A stretch of DNA of 64,000 nt from NCBI GenBank assembly GCA_005799545.1, contig SYGM01000073.1, positions 1,190 through 65,189 on the forward strand, written 5' to 3'. Position 1 is the first letter of the stretch, and every line of letters starts with the position of its first letter. The stretch is from Planctomycetia bacterium. GTDB taxonomy: Bacteria; Planctomycetota; UBA1135; GCA-002686595. Of the stretch, positions 53,202 through 61,214 are shown piece after piece. The notes beneath the pieces were generated by a model. The model had not been told where the DNA came from. It made no database searches and was given only the letters and a program-made list of their open reading frames with translations. A program made the translations under genes and the position numbers.

Positions 53202-55532
53202 TCAGTTCTCCTTGGCGTACTGCTTGGTGCGCTCGTTGAGCGTCTTCTGCCCGCCGAGGATGTCGCGGGTCAGGTTGAGCACCGTCTGGAAGTTGTCCCA
53301 CTCGGCGAGCAGCTCGCTCAGCTGCGCCAGCTTCAGCACGCAGGCGTTGAGTTCGCTCTGCGCCGAGCCGAGCGCCTCGCGCAGCGACGCGAGCTCTTCG
53401 GCCTGCTGGGTTGAAGCGAGGCTGTCCACTGCCGAGCGCGAATGGTCCTCGCTGATCTCGAGCGCAACGCCGTTGATCTCAACCAGCTTGGCGGCGAAGG
53501 CGCCCGCAGCCAGCTCTCCGCGCCGGCGCGCATCGGCGAGATCGCGCCAGGGAGCGGGGTCGAAGCCGCGCGTCACCGACTGGGAGAGGCGCGCATCGAT
53601 CGCCTCCAGCGCGCCCTGTGAGCGCTCGTCGATGCGCGAGTACAAAAGCGCCTCGACCAGCGAGGTCAGCTCGCGCGTCAGCGTGCGGGCATCGCCCTGC
53701 ACGCGTCGCGCGCCGGTCAGCGCCAGCGCGCACTCGCGCTGGGCGCTGGAAAGCTCGGCGGCCGAAGAGTCGAGCACGGCGCGCAGCGCGACCGCGTCGG
53801 CGAGCTTGCTCTGCGCCAGATCGCTCAGCGTGCGCGTGGAGGCCTGCGCGCGGTTGAGCCGTTCCTGCACTCGGCGCAGGAACTCATCCGGCGACACAAC
53901 GCGCACGCGCACCACGGACGAGCGGCCTTCGCCCGGACGCGGCTCGCAGTTGTCGCGCGCCAGCACGGACAGCTGCCACTGCGACCCTTCGCCGGCGCCG
54001 CCGGCGACGAGCTGGTCGGTGCCAATGCGCGTGCGCGCGAAGGCACGCACCTTGCCGGCCTTGCGGGAGCCGGGCTGCTTCTCGGTTTCGGCACCCAGTT
54101 CCTCGGGCGAGAGCGCGCGCCATTCCAGCGGGTATTCGACCGCGGCGGGATCCTCCGCGGCGCCGGCGGCGCTGACGGTCCAGGCCAGCTCGCGCAGACC
54201 GAAATCGTCATCAGCGCGCACGCGCAGGCTGATCCAGCCGCCGGGCACGGTGTCGTACTCACCGCGCGCAGGCGAGAGCAGCTCGACCTCGGGCGCCGAA
54301 TCGGCGATCACGGTGACGCCGTAGAGGCCCGGATCGGGATTGTCGAGCCCGTTGTCGTCCTTCAGCAGGAAGCGGTAGCGCAGCGAGCGCTCGGCGGTGA
54401 GCTCAAACGAGTAGCCCGGGCGCGTGCCTGCTCCTTCGGTGAGAGGGGGGAACTCTGCCGGCTGCAGCGCGATGCGGTTCATCTGCGGCAGCAACTCCGC
54501 CTCGCCCTTGACCGCGGCCGGGCGCGTGGCGACGAAGAAGCTCAGGCGCGAACCCGCGAGAGCCTCGATCTGCGGCTCGGTGCGCAGCTGGACCGGCAGC
54601 CCGCTGTACGCGGGCGGCTCGACGCGCACAGCGATCGCTTCGATGTCCGGCGGTTCGAGCACCTCGATCCGCAGACGCGGCTCGTCGTCTTCATCGTCGC
54701 CGCCGCGCACGCTGAGCTCGACGCCCGCCGCAAGCGAGCGCAGGAACGTGCGGAAGTACTCGCCGCTGCGCGGCAGCGGCAGCGTCTCGGTTCCGCCTGC
54801 CGACTGAATCCGCAGCTCGACCTCATCCGGAACCTTGCCCAGCGCCTTGATCACGACGGCGAAGTCGCCGCCCTTGGTGAAGCGCAGGCTGCGCTCGCCG
54901 CTCTCGAGCAGCTCGAGCCGGCCCTGATCGGACATGAGCTCGAAGGCCAGCGTGGTTTCGCGCGGCCAGGCCTCGCTCGAGCCGAACAGGCGTCTGGCAT
55001 AGAGCTGGAAGGCCGCCGGCTGCGTCAGGGCCAGCAGAGCCAGCAGCGCCAGCAGGCCGGTGCCGGCGAGTGAACGCAGCAGCGGCTCGCGCGTGCGCAG
55101 AACGCCCGCCGGTTCGATCCCGGCGGCGCGCTGCTCGGCGTTGCGCAGGATTGCCTCGCGCAGCGCGCGCTCGCGGCCGCTGACGGCCGCCGGATCCAGT
55201 TCGACGGCGCTGACCAGCGCCTGCCCCAGCTGCGGATAGGCGCGCTCGTACAGCAGCGCCAGCCCGCTGCGGCCGGGCAGCCGCTGCAGCGGCTGCAGCA
55301 GCCAGCGTCTCGCCAGCCACACGACCAGAGTCAGCAGCACGACGAGGTGAATCAGTCGGATCGTCAGCGGCACGTGCAGCCACCAGTCGAGCGCGAACGT
55401 GATCCCGATCCAGACCGCCGCGACGCCCAGCAGCGAGAGGCCGCCGGAGACGATGGTCCAGCGAAGCAACGCCCCGCGCAGTGCGCTGAGGCGCTGCTCG
55501 ACGATCGCGCTGGCTGTGCGTTGTGCGCTCAT
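53202..55532 (-). CDS. 776-aa membrane protein with N-terminal double-TM hairpin (reminiscent of DUF4175-type proteins), large extracytoplasmic region
   Basis: 'LLRWTIVSGGLSLLGVAAVWIGITFALDWWLHVPLTIRLIHLVVLLTLVVWLARRWL' gives two TMs. The remainder is beta-rich and then helical. No catalytic motif recognised. Confidence 0.6.
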   Translation of the reverse strand: MSAQRTASAIVEQRLSALRGALLRWTIVSGGLSLLGVAAVWIGITFALDWWLHVPLTIRLIHLVVLLTLVVWLARRWLLQPLQRLPGRSGLALLYERAYPQLGQALVSAVELDPAAVSGRERALREAILRNAEQRAAGIEPAGVLRTREPLLRSLAGTGLLALLALLALTQPAAFQLYARRLFGSSEAWPRETTLAFELMSDQGRLELLESGERSLRFTKGGDFAVVIKALGKVPDEVELRIQSAGGTETLPLPRSGEYFRTFLRSLAAGVELSVRGGDDEDDEPRLRIEVLEPPDIEAIAVRVEPPAYSGLPVQLRTEPQIEALAGSRLSFFVATRPAAVKGEAELLPQMNRIALQPAEFPPLTEGAGTRPGYSFELTAERSLRYRFLLKDDNGLDNPDPGLYGVTVIADSAPEVELLSPARGEYDTVPGGWISLRVRADDDFGLRELAWTVSAAGAAEDPAAVEYPLEWRALSPEELGAETEKQPGSRKAGKVRAFARTRIGTDQLVAGGAGEGSQWQLSVLARDNCEPRPGEGRSSVVRVRVVSPDEFLRRVQERLNRAQASTRTLSDLAQSKLADAVALRAVLDSSAAELSSAQRECALALTGARRVQGDARTLTRELTSLVEALLYSRIDERSQGALEAIDARLSQSVTRGFDPAPWRDLADARRRGELAAGAFAAKLVEINGVALEISEDHSRSAVDSLASTQQAEELASLREALGSAQSELNACVLKLAQLSELLAEWDNFQTVLNLTRDILGGQKTLNERTKQYAKEN

Positions 55533-55546
55533 GTGGCCTGTTCTTT

Positions 55547-56674
55547 TCAGCGCTGGAAGATCGGCAGCAGACGGTAGGGGATTTCCAGCGTCAGCACGGC
55601 CATCGCCGTGCCGAGCGCGGGGCCCGGACCGATGTCATTGCGCCACGAGCCGTCGGGCTGCTGCATGTCGATCAGCGTGTTGCGCAGGTTCTCGAAGTAG
55701 GGCTCCCAGTAGGGTGCGCCCGCGGTGTACATGGCCTGCACCGCGTAGTAGTGGCCGTACCAGAAGAAGTAGTGGCCGCGGCGGTTGTCCGGGCGCGAGT
55801 TGAAGCGCGCGTGTTCGCCGGCGAGGTACTCCAGGCCCTTGTGGATCAGCTCATCCGAGTAGATCCCCAGACCGTGCAGCGCCGTGACGCCCGCTGCGGT
55901 CAGCGGGAAGGATGTGCGCGAGTACTGGTCGCGCTGGTAGCGGAACGTGCCCAGCGGGTTGGAGCCCCAGATGCCCTGCTGCGCGTTGTACTCCGCGGTC
56001 ACCGCGGAATCGACGACATAGCGGGCCGCAAGGTCGATCGTGCTCTTGGGCACCTTGATGCCGATGTTGCGAGCGGCGCGCAGCGCAATCACCTGACAGA
56101 CCACGATCGACATGTCCGATTCGCGCTGGTACGGCTCGTAGCGCCAGCCGCCGTCCTTGTTCTGCGAACGCACGATGAAGTCGACCGCCTTCTGCAGCAC
56201 CTTCTGCACATCCTCGCGGTGCGTCATGCCGACGATCTCGGCCAGGAAGAGCGTCGCGAAGGCATGGTCGTACATGCGCGAGCCGGCGTGGAACAGGAAG
56301 CCGTCCTCGGACTGGCAGGTCAGCACGAAGTCGAGCGCGCGATCCACATGATCGCCGTAGCGGCCGCGCCCGGGCAGGTGCCCGCCGGCGAGGAAGGCCA
56401 TGCCCGCCAGCGCCGTGACGCCCAGATGCGGTTTGTCGTTCTCCGTGATGTTGAAGCCTTCATTCAGCTTGTAGCCGATGCGCGCCACCCAGGCTCCGTT
56501 GGGTTCCTGCGACTTTGCGAGCCATTCGAGTCCGCGCTCGACGGCCTGGGCCTGCGCCTCGGTCACGGAAACCAGCGCGCTGGAATCGGCACCCGGGCCG
56601 GATCCTCGCGAGGGTTGTTGGACCGGGACGGCCAGCAGGCCTGACATGAGCAGTGTGTTGATGATCATTGCCAC
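55547..56674 (-). CDS. Secreted prenyltransferase/terpene-cyclase-like alpha/alpha-toroid repeat protein (paralogue 2), ends ...LLPIFQR
   Basis: Signal 'MIINTLLMSGLLAVPVQQ'. 'NGAWVARIGY', 'DGFLFHAGSRMYDHAF', 'DGGWRYEPY', 'DGSWRNDIG'. Start is GTG 56674 or ATG 56668. Confidence 0.65.
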   Translation of the reverse strand: MAMIINTLLMSGLLAVPVQQPSRGSGPGADSSALVSVTEAQAQAVERGLEWLAKSQEPNGAWVARIGYKLNEGFNITENDKPHLGVTALAGMAFLAGGHLPGRGRYGDHVDRALDFVLTCQSEDGFLFHAGSRMYDHAFATLFLAEIVGMTHREDVQKVLQKAVDFIVRSQNKDGGWRYEPYQRESDMSIVVCQVIALRAARNIGIKVPKSTIDLAARYVVDSAVTAEYNAQQGIWGSNPLGTFRYQRDQYSRTSFPLTAAGVTALHGLGIYSDELIHKGLEYLAGEHARFNSRPDNRRGHYFFWYGHYYAVQAMYTAGAPYWEPYFENLRNTLIDMQQPDGSWRNDIGPGPALGTAMAVLTLEIPYRLLPIFQR

Positions 56675-56681
56675 CCTCCGT

Positions 56682-59600
56682 TCATTGCCACAACTCCAGG
56701 CGGCGCTCGCCGCGCACGAGCAGACTCGACCCCATCGGAATCAGCTCCAGACTGTCGCTGGAACCGAAGTATTCCTGCGGCAGCGCGCGCTTGTCCGCCC
56801 TCACCAGCCCGCTGGCCCGGTCGAGGAAGACCAGCTGCGCGCCGATGGCGTTGGAGCGATTGGGCTGCATGCCCGGAGTGTAGGCCAGCACCACGGTTTC
56901 CTCGGAAAGCGCCGGCAGCGGAGTCTGCGCGCCGCTGATCTCCTTCCAGGGCGTCAGCAGTGTCGTGACCCAGCGCTCGCCGCTCGTCAGATCGACGCAG
57001 CGCACGCGCGCTTCCTGCGGATTCTGCGGACGGCGCGAGAGCACGAACAGCTCGGGACTCGGCAGCGGCCGGCGCCGCCACTGTCGCGAGCCGAGCAGCC
57101 GGTCGTCGAAGGCCAGACGCACATGGCTCAGCGGTGCGAGCGCGCCGATTTTCGTGGCAAGCTCGATCAGCTGCGGCGAGCGCTGCGAGGCGCCGTTGCC
57201 GATCGGACGCAGGTAGAGCCAGGTGCGCTCGCCGTGCTGCAGCACGACGCTCAGCTGACGGCGCTCCTCGCCGCTGCCCGAGAGATCCAGCTCCCACAGC
57301 CGCTGCAGGCTGCGCACGGAGTGGCATTCCACGCGGCTGATGCTCGAGTGATCGATCCAGGGTACGAGCAGGCGCTCGCCCTCGACCCAAGCATCGGCTT
57401 CCAGCCGAGCCTGCGCACCCGCGGCCAGCGCAAGGCTGCCGATGCGCCGGCCGGTGTACAGGTCTGCGATCTCCACCTCGCTGCCGCCCATCTGCGGCAG
57501 GAAGCACAGCCGATCTTCCGCGACCAGCGGCAGCGCGCGCTGACCGTGGCTCGCGCTTGCCCGCGACCACAGCTGGCGGCCCGTGCGCGCCTCGAATGCG
57601 ACCAGTCGGTTTTCGGGTACCTCGTTGCGTGCGAGCACCATGACCACGCCGCTGCCGCTGCACAGGCCCAGCGCCACCTCCTGGGACTCGAGGAACACGC
57701 GCCAGCTGAGCTCGCCCGTGCCCGCATCCAGTGCCAGCACCTGCGTGTCCGACGCGATCACAACGCGCTCATGCATCAGGCGCGCCTGCGTGCGCCAGTC
57801 TGCGGCGGCAAGTTGCTGGCCCATTTCGGGCGGCAGATCGGTGGACCAGCGCGGAGCGGAGGCGTCCTTGGCGCTCCACGCCGTCAGCTTCCAGACGCGC
57901 GTCTGCGGCTCGATCAGCGCCACATAGACCAGTGCTTCGCCACGCACGGTCTGCGTTCCGAGGAAGTGGCTCGCGGTGTCGATCAACCAAAGGCGCGGGG
58001 GATCGGGCCGAAAATTCGCGCCGGGGGCGGCCAGTGTGCTGTTGAGCGTGCTCTGCAGCGAGCGTCGCAGCGCCTCCGCGCGTTCGGCGAGCCCCGCGGC
58101 CTGCGCGCTGCCGGCAGTGTCACCGGCCGCCCCGGCTGCGCGCGCCAGAGTCTGAAACAGCGTCTGCGCCAGTTCCAGCGAGCCGGAATCCGCGAGCCCG
58201 CTCGCAGCACGCTTCCAAAGCGCAAGCTCCGCGGGCGGCAGGCTCGCCGGATCCAAAGGACCACCGGCGCGCTGGGCCAGAATCGCGATCAGCTCCGCGG
58301 CGTTGCCGGAGGCCGCCGCGCGCTCCAGACGTGCATCAGCGGCGCGCGCCGCCGCACGGGTGCCCGGCCACCAGTTCTCCAGCTGCAACAGAGGCTCTTC
58401 GCCCGCGCCGCTGCCGACGCGGCTGTCAGCGCTGCCTTGAACGCTGAGTGCGCGCTCCAGCTCGACCTGGGCGCGCTGCTCGTAGCCGACGAGCTGCTCC
58501 GGCGCGCTGCCGCTCACCAGTGCCAGCATGCGCGCGCGCGCCAGCACTCCGGCCGTGCCCGTGCCTTCGCGGGTGGGCAGCTCCACTCCTGCATACTCGC
58601 GCACCAGCGGTTCCAGCGCGCGCAGCTCGTCATCGACGCGCCCGGCGGCGCGCGCGCTGCGCGCCCGCTCACAGGCGATCCACAGCGGCACCGGCAGTTC
58701 GCGGTGGTTCTCGCCAACGCCTGGAGCGAAGGCCAGCGGATCCTCGCCGTCGATCGGCAGGCACACGATCGCCAGCGCTCCGCCTTGCTGTTCGAACTGC
58801 TCAAGCAGCGCCGCGCGGCCGGCGGCATTCTCGAGCTGATACTCGACCAGCAGACCTTCCAGCCGCTGCGCCGTGCTGACCGCCAGCGTGCGTGCGCGCT
58901 GCAGCAGCTTCAGCGCGGCGCGCTGGTCGGCGAGTCCGCGCTCGGTCTGCGCCCATTGCCACACCACTCGCCACACGAGCTCGCGATCCTCTAGCGGAGC
59001 ATCCGCCAGGCCGCCGAGGCGTGAGAGGCGCTCGTCGGCCTCGCGCAGCTCGGTGCGCGCGCGCAGTGTGTCGCCGCTCTCCAGCGCGGTGCCGGCACTC
59101 GCCAGCAGGAGCCGGGCGACCAGCAGCGTCTTTTCGCGGTCGGACGGCTGTGCGTCCGCCTCGGAGCGGGCGCGCGCGATCATGCGCTCCCACTCGAAGA
59201 AGCCCTGCACGCCGCCGCGCGTGATGCGGAAGAGCTCGCCGCGGCCCAGCAGCAGGTTGCCCGTGCTGTCCATGGGAATGCTCGCGCGTGCCCGGCCGCT
59301 GTCGAGTTCCAGCTCGACGCGCGAGTCGAGCAGCGCCAGATGCAGCGCATCCCGCGTCAGCACAGGCCGGCCGAGCGCGGTCGGGTTGGACAGATCCTCA
59401 TGCTCGAACTGCCAGGACAGGCGCCGCGGCGCACCGTTGGAAAGCCCGCCCGCATTGCCGAGCGCCAGCAGCTTGGTGCCCAGCACGAAGACCTTGTCCG
59501 CCGTGGCGCCCGCGAACATCAGCTCCTGACCGCGGTAGCGTGCCGCGCCCTGCGCCATGAAGAAGCTGTAGGGCAGCGACCACAGCAGCGCGCCGCTGCG

Positions 59601-61214
59601 CGTGTCGATCGCCACCAGATCGGGGCTGTCGTACGGCGTCGCGAGCAGCAGCGAGCCCACCAGCACCGGAGGACTCTGCCGCCACACGTTGACCAGCGGC
59701 TGCGCTTCCATGCGTGAGTAGTTGCGCTCGATCACGATCTGCTCGTAGGCCGTCTGCCACAGCAGCTCGCCGTTGAGAGCATCGATCGCCGCGACCGTGC
59801 CCAGGCTCGTCAGCGCATACACGCGGCCGTTCTCGACGACCAGCGGCGGTGCGCAGAACTCGGAGGCCTGCCGGCCGAACATGTTGAGCTCGCGCTGCCC
59901 GCTGATCAGCGAGCGCGACCAGCGCAGCGCGCCCGTGTCGAGGTCGATGCAGGCCACATGCAGATCGATGCGGCCCTCAATGCGTGCGTAGGGCGCGTAA
60001 ATGCGGTTGCCGGCGATCACCGGCGGGCCGCAGATGTTCATGCGCTCGAGGAATGATCCGCCGGTGCCGTCCCAGTTCGGCGGGGGACGGTGATTCCACA
60101 GCGGTTTGCCGCTGGCGATCTCGAAGGCCGCCAGACGCCGCTCTGGCATCGGCTTGAGAATCTCCATCTGGCCGAAGGTCTGGCGTTCGTTGAGCGCGAA
60201 GGGCAGTTGCTGCGCGGCCACGACGATCTGCGCGCCAGCGGCCGCGGCGTACTGCGCGGTTTCATCGTGCACGGCGAGCGAGAGCTCTTCGCGCGCCCGG
60301 TTGGACAGTCTGGCCCAGCCCGGCGGCTCCTCGCTCTCCCACAGGCGCGCTCCGCTGAAGGCGTGCAGCGCGATCAGGCGGCGCGGCAGCGCCACGAACA
60401 GCGTGTCACCCGAGCGCGTCAGCTGCAGCGCGTCAGAGGAGGGGGAGCGTCCGGACACGATCTCACCCAGTCGGTAGGCTTCCGGCCACTGGCTGGCCGC
60501 GGGACCCGGCGCGCTGAGCTCCAGGCGCGCGCGCGCTCCAGGCTGGAACGAGCCGAGCGCCTCGCGCTCGCGCTGCGGTGCATCGCGGGCGGGTGCCCGC
60601 AGCTCGTCGAGCAGCGAGCGACGGCCCGCGGAGAGCGTGCCGAGACTTTCCGGGTCGTTCTCCAGCGCACGCGACCAGGCGTCGAGCGCCTGCGCCTCCC
60701 GGCCGGCTTCCAGCTCGAGATCGCCCAGCGCGAACAGTGCCTGCGTCGCGATCCTGGTCCACGGATGCAGGCGGGCGAGCTCGGCCAGCACGGCGCCATC
60801 GCGCTCACTGCGCGCGCGCTCGAGCATGCCTTCCGCGCGGTTGATCTGACGTTCGCGGTAGCGCTCCAGAGCTGGCGCAGGCAGCGTGCGCAGGAGCTCG
60901 CGGGCCTGCGCGCTGGCGCTCAGGAAAACCGGCTGTTGCGAGCGCACGCCGCCGGGCTCCTGCACGCCCGGCAGCACATCGCCCGCGTGCTCGGCGATCA
61001 GCAGTTCCAGCTGGTCGATGGCCTCGATCCAGCGTTCACCGTTGATGTGTTCGCGCGCTTCGTCAAAGCGCGCCTGTGCGAGGCGCGTGTTGGGGATCGA
61101 GTACGTGTGCGAACCGGTGTCTTCCGGCTGCTGCCGGCCCGCCCGGACCGGCGAGACCGACGAAACCGGCCCCATCAGTGCGGCCAACGCCAGCAGGAGC
61201 AGGTGCGCGCCCAT
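56682..61214 (-). CDS. 1,510-aa secreted protein: N-terminal TPR region + multiple PQQ/BamB-like beta-propeller repeat blocks separated by helical repeats
   Basis: Start at ATG 61212-61214 overlaps the upstream TGA (61214-61216). Signal 'MGAHLLLLALAALMGPVSS'. Repeated '...G(K/A/E)xLW...' strands ('GKPLWNHRPP', 'GALRWSRSL', 'GELLWQTAYE', 'GALLWSLPYS', 'GELSWRVFLE', 'GRQLWSRASA', 'LQRLWELDLS'). Confidence 0.65.
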   Translation of the reverse strand: MGAHLLLLALAALMGPVSSVSPVRAGRQQPEDTGSHTYSIPNTRLAQARFDEAREHINGERWIEAIDQLELLIAEHAGDVLPGVQEPGGVRSQQPVFLSASAQARELLRTLPAPALERYRERQINRAEGMLERARSERDGAVLAELARLHPWTRIATQALFALGDLELEAGREAQALDAWSRALENDPESLGTLSAGRRSLLDELRAPARDAPQREREALGSFQPGARARLELSAPGPAASQWPEAYRLGEIVSGRSPSSDALQLTRSGDTLFVALPRRLIALHAFSGARLWESEEPPGWARLSNRAREELSLAVHDETAQYAAAAGAQIVVAAQQLPFALNERQTFGQMEILKPMPERRLAAFEIASGKPLWNHRPPPNWDGTGGSFLERMNICGPPVIAGNRIYAPYARIEGRIDLHVACIDLDTGALRWSRSLISGQRELNMFGRQASEFCAPPLVVENGRVYALTSLGTVAAIDALNGELLWQTAYEQIVIERNYSRMEAQPLVNVWRQSPPVLVGSLLLATPYDSPDLVAIDTRSGALLWSLPYSFFMAQGAARYRGQELMFAGATADKVFVLGTKLLALGNAGGLSNGAPRRLSWQFEHEDLSNPTALGRPVLTRDALHLALLDSRVELELDSGRARASIPMDSTGNLLLGRGELFRITRGGVQGFFEWERMIARARSEADAQPSDREKTLLVARLLLASAGTALESGDTLRARTELREADERLSRLGGLADAPLEDRELVWRVVWQWAQTERGLADQRAALKLLQRARTLAVSTAQRLEGLLVEYQLENAAGRAALLEQFEQQGGALAIVCLPIDGEDPLAFAPGVGENHRELPVPLWIACERARSARAAGRVDDELRALEPLVREYAGVELPTREGTGTAGVLARARMLALVSGSAPEQLVGYEQRAQVELERALSVQGSADSRVGSGAGEEPLLQLENWWPGTRAAARAADARLERAAASGNAAELIAILAQRAGGPLDPASLPPAELALWKRAASGLADSGSLELAQTLFQTLARAAGAAGDTAGSAQAAGLAERAEALRRSLQSTLNSTLAAPGANFRPDPPRLWLIDTASHFLGTQTVRGEALVYVALIEPQTRVWKLTAWSAKDASAPRWSTDLPPEMGQQLAAADWRTQARLMHERVVIASDTQVLALDAGTGELSWRVFLESQEVALGLCSGSGVVMVLARNEVPENRLVAFEARTGRQLWSRASASHGQRALPLVAEDRLCFLPQMGGSEVEIADLYTGRRIGSLALAAGAQARLEADAWVEGERLLVPWIDHSSISRVECHSVRSLQRLWELDLSGSGEERRQLSVVLQHGERTWLYLRPIGNGASQRSPQLIELATKIGALAPLSHVRLAFDDRLLGSRQWRRRPLPSPELFVLSRRPQNPQEARVRCVDLTSGERWVTTLLTPWKEISGAQTPLPALSEETVVLAYTPGMQPNRSNAIGAQLVFLDRASGLVRADKRALPQEYFGSSDSLELIPMGSSLLVRGERRLELWQ

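Noticed and set aside
51427-54324. 965-aa plus-strand ORF (with companions 51687..52739, 49334..51043 and others).
   Set aside because: It is antisense to the coiled-coil and double-TM operon genes. The sequence is a monotonous L/R/G/A repeat mirroring the Q/A/E codons of the real gene. It has no start context and runs across a gene junction.
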